From assembly GCF_036971445.1 (NCBI RefSeq), contig NC_091471.1:350052001-350116000 (forward strand): a stretch of 64,000 nucleotides of DNA, written 5' to 3'. The position numbers and the translations under genes are program-made. Numbering within the stretch: the first letter of the stretch is position 1; every line of letters begins with the position of its first letter. The DNA is from Narcine bancroftii (Eukaryota). Shown here piece by piece: positions 1-12,829 of the stretch. The notes below the pieces were generated by a model. The model ran no database searches, was not told where the DNA came from, and saw nothing but the letters and a program-made list of their open reading frames with translations.

Positions 1-569
1 AGAAGATCATTTATCTCTTTTTGTTCTTGGCATATTGATCATGAAGCTTATGCAAAGGAAACCCCAGTCGCGATTTTTTGCAAAGATCTAAACGGGGAGT
101 GCAGCATTATCAAATGAAAATCGCACTTCCTGGTGGCTGCAAAGGCTGCAGTGTTGAGGAACGGGCGCCAAGACACCGCCCCACCCAAAGAAAGAACCAG
201 AAACGGGCACAGGAAATGGGGCCATCAAGCCACTTGCACGTTTAGGTGACAAAAAAAACCCATTAATTAAATGCACGCGTGTTCCTAATTTGTCATCGCT
301 AACTGAATCATGTTTAATCAAAGCTCAGGCGACGATCCTCGGAGGATTTGTGCAGCTCCGAGTGATTAACGGAGCCTCACCTTGCCGCGGTGATTACACA
401 TTAGATTTTTTTTCCCCAAAATTGCAAAGCAGAAAGTGAATCAGTAGAATCCAGATTAAATCAACCCAATTATAAAGGTTCATTATCCATCTGCCAATCC
501 TCCAGGCGCCAGACAAATCCAAATTCCCATCTACGTGAACTACAGGGAAATTCAATGCTCCTTTCCTGA

Positions 570-1150
570 CTCGGAATATGAAGGAACTCCGCGCGCTCCC
601 GGGCACGGGGGGTGGGGGAAAGAGGAACCGGTGGGGGGGAGGGGGGGCGGCCGCGCACTCCCGGGCGTGGGAGGGGGAGTCGGAGGGGCGGCCGCGCGCA
701 CGGACCCGGGCCTACGAGAATACCCCCTCCCCAGTAACGGTCGCCGTTGCCCCCCTCCCTCCACTCCACTCCCCCCTCCGCCCCCTCCCCTACCACTGCT
801 CGACTCTCTGCCTGCCCCCCCTCCCACACCATGCCTGGTACACAGCCCGCTCCCATGACATTTACCTCAATCCGAATCACCGCTCTACCGACAGCAGAAT
901 GAGTCTTTCTGACCAGACGGAGAGGCGTCGTCACTTCCGGCGGGCCGGGGTGGAACCTCCGCTGGCCTGCGATTGGTAGCTGCTGGGGTCCAAGAGTCCG
1001 GCTACCCCGGGGCCGCAGCGGAAGTTGGGACCAGGGGCGGGGCAGTGGTCGTTGCCCGGTCACCAAGGCGGGACCCAGACCGGGCCGGGCAGAGTTCAGG
1101 TCGGATAGAGGCGGGGCCCGGTCCCGACGTGATTGGCGTCAGCAGAGATG
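570..1150 (-). promoter_or_regulatory. CpG-island promoter of a minus-strand gene that runs off the left edge
   Basis: GC/CpG-rich island. ETS motif CACTTCCGG 932-940, CCAAT boxes (ATTGG 972-976, 1132-1136), GC boxes GGGGCGGGGC 1034-1043 and GAGGCGGGGC 1108-1117. Confidence 0.8.
866..935 (-). other. Putative non-coding first exon (5'UTR); identity inferred as ARHGDIA from synteny only
   Basis: Minus-strand donor GAG|GTAAAT at 866/865 just downstream of the ETS/CCAAT cluster; no ATG-initiated CDS. The exon start is approximate. In human, ARHGDIA lies directly downstream of ALYREF on the same strand. Confidence 0.55.
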
Positions 1151-1254
1151 GGGGTAGATTCACATGCTGCCACCCCGAGGAAGATTTGGGGTCACTAATA
1201 TGATCAGATTCAGGATCAGCCTCTGGGCATTCCTCATTCCCAAAAGGCAACGGT

Positions 1255-1365
1255 CGATTGCTGTAAAAATACAACGCTGGAGACACTCAGCAGGTCAAAC
1301 AGTGTCCTTTATGCAGCAAAGATAGAGCTCCAAATCCAACATTTCGGGCTTGAGCACTTATCAGC
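1255..1365 (-). mobile_element. Penelope-like element terminal-repeat fragment
   Basis: Matches the repeat 'gctggaga.actcagcaggtcaaaca...tttcgggcttgagc' that recurs next to GIY-YIG coding pieces elsewhere in the window. Confidence 0.65.
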
Positions 1366-1973
1366 TAGTTGGCTTTTGATATCCTCCTGAAGTCTTCAGT
1401 CATCCTGTTTGCATTTGTTCCTGTGCTGATTTCACGACATCCTCAATCATTGTAATAGCTTTACCTTTTTTTTAATTTTAGGACCATCAAAAAAATAAAT
1501 CATGGAGGAAGCAGAGTGCAGAAATGCAGCACTCTTTATACATAATCCCCTTAGTTCAGGGCATCATAATATTTGAGTCCATAGCAATTCGTCATGTTTA
1601 GTACTTTGTTGCAAAGACTGCTTGAAGTCTGTGATTCATAAACCAGGTGCTGAGTATTTTCTCTGTTGATGCTCTGCCAGGCCTCTCTTCAGATCCTGCT
1701 TGTTTTGTATACAAATAACCTAGAATAAAATCTGGAATGTGCACTTTAATTACATGTGAATTGTTTGATTACAAATTGAAAACTGTGATCACAGGGGCAA
1801 ATAAAGGAATAAAGTCTCTTTGTACCAAACATATTTAAAAAGGGAGTGCATTATAAAGTAATACTTAAAAATTCACAACAAATCAACCTTTTTATAGTTG
1901 CTTTCAAATCACTAGAACAATTCAAGTCCATTATTAGAAGAAAACATTGCAGCCCACCATCCGAACAACGATA

Positions 1974-4510
1974 CAGTCAAACCCCTGGTGTCCGGCACCC
2001 ATGGGGATGGGTAGATGACGGATAAGCGAGTTTTCCCAGTTGTTTGAGACTTATGATGCATAACTAATATGTGGGGTTGGACTGATAATCCCTGCTCTCC
2101 TCGAAAAAGTGACAAAGGTTATAAGAGTTACAGGAAAAATAAGAAAGATACATAGAAGACATCAACAATGCCACCAAAGGATAAAGGCCTTTCTGTTGTA
2201 CAAGAAACTGAGTTACCAAAAGGAAGAGTGGCCTAAGTTAAGAAAGGATCCTGGAGCTGTCTGTAAGATAGTATCCAAAGGAGAGAGGCCAGAAGCTGAG
2301 GAGACCTTGGATACTGCTGCACGAGGTCTCCCCTGACAATCGTCTCCAATAGCGGGTGAAGAAGTAACTCTGCACATGCGCAGAACACAAAAAAATGGAG
2401 GAAATTTTTAAAAAATTCCAGACATTCACAGCTCCAGTGATCAAGAAGGCCTAGAAAAGCAAAGAACAAGAATGACTTACAATCAAGAAAAAAGGTGCAG
2501 AAGCTTCTTTATCTGGTGAATTAAAGCAAATGTTAGATTTTTTTTTGACAATCCATGGAAGTGTTAACTGATGAAGTAAGGAAGAATGGCGATAAGATGG
2601 AAAGATTAATGCAACAGGTGGACACTAGATTTGAAATAGTGGATGGAAAAATTAAAGGGAATGAACTGGAGATTCAAAATCTGAAAGATCAAATGAAGAA
2701 AATACAAGCAGAAGCAGCTGTAAAGCATGATCAGTTCATGCAAAAAATAGACAATTTGGAAAATTTCAGTAGATGGAATAATATCAAGATTGTTGGACTT
2801 AAAGGGGATGAGATTTTTTTTTCAAAATCTGCAATGGTGGATACCAGAATCTTTGGATCAGGCTGCATTTCAAGGGGATTTGGAGATAGAACGAGCCCAT
2901 AGGGCATTGAGACCTAAACCTCAGCCTGACCAAAGGTCCCATCCAATATTTGTCAGATTCCTTTGATTTGAAGAAAGAGAGAAGATATTAGAGGTCGCAG
3001 CGAAACAAGCTAAAGAAAGACAATCACCTTTGATTTATAATGAAAATAAAATTTTCTTTTATCCAGACACAAGTTTTAATTTGTTGAAAAAGAGAAAGGA
3101 GTTTAATCCGGTTAAAGATGTATTATGGAAAAAAGGTTATGCCTTTGTTTTGAGATACCCAGCTGTTTTGAAAGTATTCATCCTGGGAGAGAGGAATAGA
3201 TTTTTTACTGAGTCTAATGAAGTAAAGGTATATGCAGGTGGTTGTAGACACCTGAATTTATTATGTAACTGAAAGGTTTTGCTGTAACTGAAATACATTG
3301 AGTTTCGAGAGAGTTTAAAAGGGGAGGAAGGTGCGTGATCTAATATACTGGATAAGATTAATGGATTAAAAGGTCTTTTGATGTTTGGTGTTTTGAGTGA
3401 GTTAGTGGGGAATGTGATGCTGACTACTGCTCTATCATGGGCAACTAGTTATGCATCCCGTACAGATCAGGGTGATAGAGACACTTCAACATCACACACC
3501 TCTGGGGTTTTTTCTTATCTTTCTTTTTTCTTTCTTATCTTTTCCTCTTTTGGTTCTTAGCCTGGACAGTTTATAGATGTAAGGTATATAGGGAGGGTTG
3601 GGTTGGATAGGGAGATGAAGGGGGACCCTGGATGGATATGTTTTAAATTTGATGTCTAATGGCAGGGAAATTGTCATTTATTAGCATTAATAACCAGAAA
3701 AATTTGAAGATTTGGAAATCCTACATGGATTTATTGCTACGACTTTGCCTGTAGCATCCCCCATGCCCCCATCCAACCCACCCTAATTATTTATGGTTTA
3801 AGATTGTTATGTAAACTGTAATTAATAAATTAAAATATATCAATTTATTAGACAGGTTTTTCTCTTTCCTTCACTTTTTTTCCCTACTTTTTTTTAAGAG
3901 GGGATGGCTTTTGTGTCATTTTTATTAAATACTGTATATGTCTTGATACAAATGGAAAATAAAATTTTAAGAATAAATAGTTTAAAAAGACAAAAATACT
4001 ATACTGTACTTGTACTGAACAAACTTCACTTGCATGAATATATAAACTTTAAAGCATTTTACTTTATTTTCAGTCACATTCTTTGAAAACATTTAACTGT
4101 TGCTGCACCTGCAGGTTCCTCCCCCTCCATGGAATCATTCGTAAAATGAACAATAACATTATAGATAATTAATCCCTCCAACCCCCCCTCCCCCCAGTTT
4201 ACAGATCAAGCTTTACTAATATACTTAATAAATGCTGCTAAAGATATTTTTTAAACTCTTACTAAGCAAGGATAAGGAGACACTTTAAGAGAGCCACCCC
4301 AACGGCGAGTGGCATCAACCAGCTCTTCATCCTGGGTGACGCATTGCTGTTTCACACAACTTTATTTAAACAGCTGCTATGAGCAAAACACGAACAAGAC
4401 ACTGCTGACTGAATATTTGCTCCCATCTTCACTAAAGGCTTATGTGCAACTTCAAAGAACATTTACTTTTACAATTTTAATATTTTATTTATAAATAATT
4501 ACAGTACAAT
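1974..4510. mobile_element. Tigger/pogo-like DNA transposon remnant interrupted by an L1
   Basis: TA-CAGTCAAACCCCTGG terminus at 1972-1988. The sequence appears to resume after the L1 3' end at about 3979. Right TIR not found. Confidence 0.45.
2068..3978 (+). mobile_element. L1 element: 5' end, decayed ORF1, almost all of ORF2 deleted, 3'UTR
   Basis: ORF1p motifs (LENFSRWNNIKIVGL, IFFYPD, LRYPAVLKV). Near-identical to the 5' 1.6 kb of the L1 at 12830-17075. The ORF2 start is joined directly to the ORF2 C-terminal KIW motif, followed by an AT-rich 3'UTR with AATAAA. Confidence 0.85.
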
Positions 4511-4579
4511 GCTAGGCAATTTAAAACATTCAAACTTTAGGTTTTGTGAACCTCTAAGTTTATTATCACTTGACTGTAC

Positions 4580-5620
4580 ATGTAGCATACATAGCATCCA
4601 AAGATTCACAACCCTTGGAGTAAGTAAATTCCCTCAACTCAGTTATAGCTGACTTTTTATTCTGAGACCTTCTCAAAATCTTACATCTTGCAGTGTGATC
4701 ACCTGTCATTCTTCTAAACTTCAAAGTATAGACATGCAATCTGGTTAATTAACTGTACAATGTACAACCAGACAAAACAGTTTCTCAGGACCACATGCTT
4801 CTCAGGTGTTATATATATATATATAACTAGGACTCAAGATATTGTTCATCAATCTCACAGCCTGCAGGAAAAAGCTATTTCCCAGCCTGGCAGACCTGAT
4901 TTTGATGTTCCTGTACCTCCTTTCTGATGGTAGTGGGTCAAATATATTGTACACTGAATGGATAGGGGTGAATAGTGCCTCCCCTTTTATCATCTCCTGT
5001 GGGTTATTACCTCTGAGACTGTGCACAAGTGATTAAGCTAGAGCTTGAATGGTGAAACAATTGTTAACTCAAAGAAACTGTAACTTCCTGAAAAGATGAT
5101 TTATCAGCTCAGTGTATTGATTCTAGCTCTCTGAGATAGTGCAATATTTAGAATATACTAAAGGTTCTGTCTACCATACAAATAAATCTGAAACCACAGC
5201 TTGGCCATGAGACCATGGGTTGATGTTGTGCACTATTGCAATGCCTTCCTAATGCAGTGAAGATGTACTTAATAGGTCAGCATCCATGGCTATCCAAAGA
5301 TTCACAACCCTTGGAGAGAATAGCTGACCCTTTATCCTGAGACCTTTTCAAAATCTTATCTCCTGCAGTATGACTATCTTTTGTTTAAATTTCAAAGACA
5401 CATTCTAATTGTTTCTCAAGGGGTGAACCTCCTAACCCCAGGAATCAATCCAGTCAACCTTTGCTGCACTCTCTCTAAAACAAGTGCATCCTTCAACAAA
5501 GGAGACCAAAATTGAACCCTGCACTCCAGGTGTGGTCTGACCAAAGCCCCCTGCAGATATAGCAACACTTCCTTACAATTCCACTCCACAAACTTGGAAT
5601 AAAGGCCAACATTCAATATA
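4580..5620 (-). mobile_element. Cluster of CR1 and L2-like LINE 3' fragments
   Basis: CR1 RT C-terminus ALVRPHLECRVQFWSP (5416-5616); L2-like 'DPLPSERRYR...RLGNSFFLQAVRLMN' (4802-4970). Confidence 0.75.
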
Positions 5621-6019
5621 CTTTTTTAAAATTGTTGGGCAGCCTCTTGAAAACCAAACTGTCCAACTGAAATGTTTGTGATGGAAATAATGTAGAGGAG
5701 CAGTAGGACTAGCCCCTTTGAAGGAAAGTGGTTGAGTGAGTTAATAACACTGCCCCCTTCACATCTGAACTGGTGCAGAGAAGCATTCAATGATCTTAGC
5801 AGGTTCACCAAGTTATGAGAATCTTCATCAGACCGAGGATAATCTCCTGAGGAACTCATGCAATAATGTTCTGGTACCATATTGACTGGCCCTGATCATC
5901 GCATCCATCTTTATGTCAGTTATAGTTCCAATAATTCAACATATTTCTCTCTGAATCCCAAACGACATCAGTGATCTAAGTGTAAAGGAATATATAATGT
6001 AATGTCACATTCGTCAATT

Positions 6020-6745
6020 GCCAAAAGAAAAACTACCGCAGGAAGTCAGCAGGTCTTGCAGTATCTAGGCAATGGTCAATGTTTCATGTTAGGACCTGCA
6101 TCAGGTCTGACAGTGCAGACGCAAAACAGCCAACATAAAAATATAACAGAGAGGGATGAGAGAGGCTGTTCAGATGGGGGATGATGGGCAGTTGGGTAAG
6201 GGGGAAGATTTGGAAAAAAAGCTGGCAGGTGATGGAGGACTAGATAAGGGATGGATGATGGGCAGGAGGTACCAGACAGGGAAAGGATTAGGAAGGGAGG
6301 CCGGGAGATAAGAAACCCAGGTGGAAAAGTGTGGGGGTGATGGCAGGTAAAACTGTGGGTGGTGGGGGGGTAGTGATGAGCAGCAGTGGGAAGGGGTGGA
6401 GAAAGGAACAGAGACCTTGACAGGATGGGTAGAAATACAGTGGGAATGTGCTACATGAAATTGGAAAACTTAAAGTTGTAAGCTACCCAAGTGGAATATC
6501 GGGGGTTTGAGTTTGACCTCACTATGGCAGAGGAGGGTGATCATCTCCCATCTGATCTAGTTCCACCTACCAACTCCTGCCTCACCCCTTCCTCTCATCT
6601 CTTTATACTGGCTGCCACCCCTTGGTATTCTCAGTACTGACCAGAAACAAAATATTTTCCCCCCAACAGATGCTACTTGACTCACTGGATTTATCCAGCA
6701 GTTTGTTTTTGCTCCAGATTCCAGCATCTATAGTTTCTTGTGTCA
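6020..6745. mobile_element. Penelope-like fragments in inverted arrangement
   Basis: Terminal repeat with minus-strand CTGATG...GAAAC at about 6080-6105, a purine-rich tract, then an inverted piece ending 'tccagcagtttgtttttgctccagattccagcatct'. Confidence 0.55.
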
Positions 6746-7094
6746 GCATACATGTTAGGGAGAGCATTAAAATGTTGCATTGTGTCTTAGACACAAGCCC
6801 TCTGTGCAAACTCTGCACTTCTGTACTGTGTCTTTACTTATTACTCTATGTACAAAATGTCTATGACTCTCCTTGCAAAACAACCTTTTATCACTTCATC
6901 TTGGTATGTGACAATAAACGAGCTAGAAACTTGTAATAATAGTTCTCAGTAAGAATGAAGTAGTTCTGATATCTGAATTCATGCCAATGAAATAACAATA
7001 CTGTTCAACTGGGATTAGCAAGATCTTAATTTAGCTAACACAATATCATAGCATGCTTAAGCACTAATAAACTATGAACGAACAAGATGAAACA

Positions 7095-7670
7095 CTGCCA
7101 CCACCTTTGGTGAAGCAACACTTCACATGAATCTGCATGAGTCATCTACTGCATCCAGTGCTCCCGTTGTGGTCACCTCTGCATTGGTGAGACTGGATGC
7201 AGACTGGGAGATCACTTAGTTGAGCACTTCAGCTCTGTCTGCTGCAATAGCGTGGATCTCCCAAAGGCCACCCATTTCAATTCCCCACCCCCTTGCTGAT
7301 ATATAGTATCTGTCCATGGTCTCATGCACTGCCAGACTGAGACCACCAGCAAATTGGAGGAACAATATCACATTTTCCATCTGGGCACCCTCCAAGCAGA
7401 TGACATAAACATCAATTACTTCAATTTCCATTAAACCCCCCCTCCCCCTGTTGCCTTTCCCCCAGTTCAGTCTCTCACTCTCTCTTCCCTCTGTCTCCTT
7501 TCACAGAGCCAAAATAATTTCTCAAATTTCCTCATCATATCTAATAAATATGATGGTCTGGACTCCTCCCCCTCCCAGTCTTCAGTCTTTATTCTGACGC
7601 CTTCCTATTCTTTACTTATACCTTGAAAAAGGGTTCAGACCCAAAACATCAGGAATATATCTTTATTTCC
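7095..7670 (+). mobile_element. Penelope-like element 3' part (GIY-YIG endonuclease plus terminal repeat)
   Basis: Decayed 'VIYCIQCSRCGHLCIGETG' GIY-YIG motif. The terminal repeat continues at 10562-10680 after the Gypsy insertion. Confidence 0.8.
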
Positions 7671-10561
7671 TGTAATGATAGAGCACTAGTGATCCTCCTG
7701 ACCACTAGAAGGAGTCAGAGACTAATGTTACAGATCTGTTGGATTCAAGATGGATGCCTCCACACAGTCATGAATGAGTTCTATAGCTAATAAAGTATAG
7801 TTGTTTTAAAAGAACCCACATTTCTTTATTAAAATAAAAAAAAAATAACATGGTACCAGGATTGAGAATCAGTCAATATAGCAGCAGATAAATGGAAAGA
7901 TTGAAGGAACCTGATGCAGTAAATTGGACTTGAAATGTCCACCATGAGTGGAGGTTGTTCAAACAAAGATTTATGCTATTCCTGCAAGCTATTGGACTCA
8001 ATAGTAAAGCTGATGCATGGAAGATTGCACAGGTAATTATGGTGATGGGACCTCAAGCACTATAGGATTTCAACACATTTGTTTTTGCCAAAGCAGCTGA
8101 CCAGGGCAAGTTCAACAAGATTATCGAGATGTTTGATGAACATAGTTCACCAAAGAAAAATGAAACATTAAAGAGGTATGTGTTTTGCTCATGGAGACAG
8201 CTGCAGGAAGACAGCTTTGATTTTTTTTTAATGGACCTGATATTAAAAGCAAGAACACAATTTTGGATTGCTGCAAGATTCAATGATCTATGATCAAAAT
8301 GTGTTTGGGATTATTGATAAGAAAGTGAGAGAGAAGTTGCTGTGAGAGACAGAGCTAACCTTATCTGGAGCTGTAAAGATATGTGACGCCAGCGAATTAG
8401 CTCTGCAGCATATGAAGAAGTTCAGTGAGAGTGAAAAAGCTAGTGAAAATACATAAACATGACTACATGTAGTCCACACACAAACAGAAAATTATATATA
8501 GGAAACAACAAAAAGATGGAGGACATTCAAGTGCAAATGATGTGGCAGTCAACATGCACCAAGACAATGCCCAACCTATGGAAAAGTCTGTAATAAATGC
8601 AAAGGGCAGAATCAGTATTGAAAGCAATGTTTTTCCAAAAGGAAACAAAACAAAAGTAAAAGTGCAGAAGAAACTGCTCTCAGTGATAGGAAGATTATAA
8701 ACCAACAGACACTGAACAGCCAAGCGTTAACAGAGTTGAACAGGACAAATGGACTGCATCATTACATACAAATGGAACAAATATTCCTTTCAGGTCTGTG
8801 AGCGTGACATCAGGGCAATGAAGATAAAGCCATAGATCCATGCAAATCCTGTACATCTCAAAGCCTACAATGGACAGAGTATTGACACGAAAGGTACATG
8901 TAAACTCAAGGTGAAAGTTAAAGATAAAGAGCACAACCTCAGGTTCACAGTAGTCCCAGACAGATATGAATCACTACTGGATGACAAAATATGTGAAAAC
9001 ATAAGCCTTAAGAGGGAAACCTATTGTGTTAGTTGATGCATTATCTAGGGCACAAGGCAGAATGAAGCACACAAGGAGAGTTCCACAGAGATAGGTGTGA
9101 ATCTCCACATGAACCTGATCACTGAATCATTTCCCGTATCTGACATGAAATCCAAGCAAATTGCAGTTGAAACAGAAAAGGACACAGTTCAACAAGAATC
9201 TGAATGAAGGATGGCCTTGAGGTGAATGTCAGCCATACTACAACATCAGAGCTGATCTGAGTGTTGTCAATGGGCTTCTACTCAGACAGAGCAGAATTAT
9301 CGTTCCTCAATCGCTGCAACAAGAGATGCTGAAAAGGGTGCACGTTGGAATGGAAAAATGCAAGAGGAGGGTCAGAACTGCTGTTTATTGGCCAGGGATA
9401 AATGTTGACATTGACAGAATGGTTTCAAGCTGCAAGACCTGTTTGAAACATCATGCAAAGCAGACAAAGGAACCCATGATAATAATTGATGTACCAACAA
9501 AACCATGGCAGAAAGTTGGGACTGCGCTGTTCCACATGGATGGAAAGAATGACTTGTTGGTTATTGATTATCTATTGAACTATCCAGAGATTGCACTGCT
9601 TCCTAATATATCTGCTGCTTGTGATCAAATATATTAAATTGATCTTTTAAGACCTATAATTCCTCAAATTGTCTACAGCTGTAGAGAATTCCAGAACTTT
9701 GCAGAAGAATATGATTTTCAACATATGACTTCAAGTCCTCTGCATTGACAGTTGAATGGTAAAGCAGAGAAAGGAGTTCACATAGTTAAACAGTTGCTCA
9801 AGAAAACACTAGACAGTGGCTCAGATCCAGATGTAGCTCTATTGCATTACAGAACTTCATAACTTGAACATGTCATGTCACCCACTGAGCTTCTGATGGG
9901 ACGTAGACTACACATCACACTTCCCTACTCTGCAGACCCAAACAAGAACAGAGGTGTCAAAATGAAACAAAAGCATCTGCAATGGAGACAAAAAACAAAC
10001 TATGACAAGTCAGCAAGCAGCTTAGGGCCACTGGCACAACATGACACAGTGAGACTCAGATTCCAACACTTGGGACAAAAAGGCCATTGTTCTGGTGGAA
10101 GTAAATCCAAGATCCTACACGGTCAGAACAGAGGATGGTCAAATGGTGAGAAGGAATTGAAAGAGCCCACTGAAGATGCAAAAGACACTGCAGGAACAGA
10201 TAAATACAGAAGATCCAGCCTGCACACAAGCATCTATATTAAGAAGATCCATGTTATCAAAACACTTGACAGGCTAAATCTATATAAACAAACTGCACAC
10301 ATAAAAAATTTGTGCTGCTGATGTGTTTATGTTTGTGTTGAACTTTAAATTGAAATGAATACTGTATTAGTGTCTTATGTAGTTAGATTAAACATGTAGT
10401 GATAGAGTGCAAGTGATCCTCCTGACCACGAAGGAGTCAGAGACTAGTTTGTTACAGCTTAGTTGGATTCAAGATGGATGCCTCATGGATGAGTTCTATA
10501 GCTAATACAGAAGTTATTTTTAAATAATCCAAGTTTCTTTATTACAATAAAAGAAACATCA
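7671..10561 (+). mobile_element. Ty3/Gypsy LTR retrotransposon, decayed, RT region deleted
   Basis: Direct LTRs 7671-7850 and 10395-10561 (TG...CA). PBS TGGTACCAGGA at 7851-7861 is complementary to the tRNA-Leu(TAA) 3' end. Gag with Cys-rich knuckles, protease remnant, RNase H end VDALSR, integrase (H.GMEKCKRR..VYWPG..C..C, PWQKVG, MSPTELLMGRRL). Degenerate TSD TTTCC/CCTCC. Confidence 0.9.
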
Positions 10562-10959
10562 CCTCCTATGGACTGTCTCATACCTTGAGGAAGGGCTCAG
10601 GTCCAAAACGTCAATAATGTCTTTATCTCCTATGAAAGCTGAGAGACTGGCTGAGTTCCTTCAGCATTTCTGTGTTTTTATTATTAGTTCTCTCACACAC
10701 AGTCATGTTGCATTGTGGGAATTGTACCACAGCAAGATCCTACTTGTGATGACGAGCAGCTCATTGTGGTGCTGTATACAGAAGATATATTGGCCGGGAA
10801 GTTGGGATGAAGTCCTCTGTACCTGGCATCTTCTACCTGTCCCTGAAAGGGACTTGGATTAACCAGAGGCAGAAACTTGGTTTAATTTAGGCATCGTGTT
10901 CAGCACAGACACCTGGGCTGAAGGGCCTGTTTGTGTACTGTACTATGTTATTATTACAT

Positions 10960-11200
10960 ACTGCACAGTAATAGTCCCTTTCAGCCGACAAGCCCGTGCT
11001 GCCCAATTATACCCCAGTGATCTACAACTCCTGGTATGTTTTTGAACAGTAGGATGAAACCAGAACCCCTGGGGAAAAACCCACACAGACACAAGGAGAT
11101 CATACAAACTCCTTACAGACAGCAAGATATTTGAACCCTGGTCCCGATCGCTGGCACTGTAACTGCATTGCACTACTGCGATGCTAACTGTGTTGCTCCC
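10960..11200 (-). mobile_element. tRNA-derived SINE
   Basis: B-box-like GGTTCAAAT and shared body 'ctgtctgtaaggagtttgta...gggtttt'. Further copies lie at about 17350-17520, 24700-24920, 26970-27200, 27450-27710, 39820-40055, 55200-55390 and 61960-62130. Confidence 0.8.
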
Positions 11201-12829
11201 TTGGTTTGAATAGGAACTCCTTCTTGCCCTTTAATAGTTCCAATAGTTAGTTCCTTGATTGACCAGGGCCTCCATTTAAACCATCCAGCAACACAAATTG
11301 TAACCCAAATACTGAATGGAATTTGAACCCATAATCTTCCTGTTGAGATGCACACGTGCTGATTACAATTGGTTACAGCTATTTTCTATTCACTCAGAGC
11401 TTTACTGCTGATAAATGGCACAGTTTATCAGCACAAACTGGGAAAGATTCTGAGCTGTACCTTGCTGTAAAGGATTTATGTAAGAACATTTCACTTCCCA
11501 TTGGTGAAAGGTTTGAGTCTGACTCATTCAGAGTAGGAACAATGATGTCATGAGCTTTACAATTCTAGGAATCTCTGAGATCCTGCTTTTGTTACACAGC
11601 TTCTTGCCCATAGTTCGGGTCAGCATCAGATCGCTTGTCTCTAATCATAGAGCCATGCAGTGCAGAACAGGCCATTTGGCCTATATCATCCATGCAAACC
11701 AAGTTGGCTTGATCCCATTTGCCCAAATTTGGCCAGAATATTGGTCCCAGTATCAAAAACACAATCACTTCCCTTTTCTTATGTATTGTCTTATTGGTCT
11801 ACTCTGTCCTACATGGGACATTAACAAACACTTTCATCTACCTCCCCACTCAAGCCTGTCAACACATCTGTCACATCCACTGTTTGCCATCATAATGTTT
11901 TACATAGAGAAGGATTCCCACTATTATCTCACACTATATCACTCTCTCAAGCACCAACATCCCAAGCTCCCTGCAACATGCCTAGACTGTTAATAATACT
12001 GTTCACACAGCAAGTGTAGAGCTACCAACAAAACCTCCCCTACTGAAGAAAGTCATCAGCTAATGGCTTGTACAAAACTGCTTCAAAAGTCATATCACAT
12101 GATAGGCACACTTTGTAAAGGTACACCCACATTCATGGTCACTAGATAAACAGTAAAATGTGCTTCCATTTTAATAATCAGAAGATTAAGTGTTGCACTG
12201 CCATATTGACCCAGTCACTTCCTGTACTCTAGCAAACATACAAAGCCACAAATACTTCCTGTTTTCTTTATGTTCTATGTCTCACAGAAGCCAGAGTTCT
12301 ATTGGCACTTGACAATCTGTACTTGTTAAACTTATGATTTTAAGTTCAATCTTTGCTTCATATATTACTAAAATGCATTTTCAACATATATTTTGACTGT
12401 TTGCATATCAAGATGTATAAAATTAGCTTCAAAATCTCTTTTGATTTTACTTTTTCATGCTTTGGGATCTGGTGATTGTTAGCAAGGCCAGCATTTAATA
12501 CCCATCCCTCACTGCCCTTGAGAAGTTGATAACGAGCACCGTATTGGACCACAGCAGTCCTTCTGGAGAAGGCACCCCTCTGGTGATGGGAATTCCAGAC
12601 TTTGACCCAGTGACTCAGGTCAGCGTGTAACTGGGAGGATATCTGCAGTTAGAGGCATTCCTGTGCCACCTGTAGCCCTTGTCCATTGTGGTGGTAGCAG
12701 TGGGGGATTTGAATGATGCTGCCTGAGTCACATCTACAGTATGTGGTAAACAATTGTTATGCCACAATTGACTGCTGCAGGCTGGATACATCTCCCGAAA
12801 CTGATCCTACCCATTAGCCTCTTGCATGC

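Noticed and set aside
470-1286. Several overlapping Pro/Gly-rich ORFs (up to 198 aa)
   Set aside because: Typical stop-poor CpG-island frames; no recognisable domain.
4580-5400. Local ~130-bp duplication (4590-4730 vs 5285-5400)
   Set aside because: Both copies are decayed CR1-type fragments; no functional signal.
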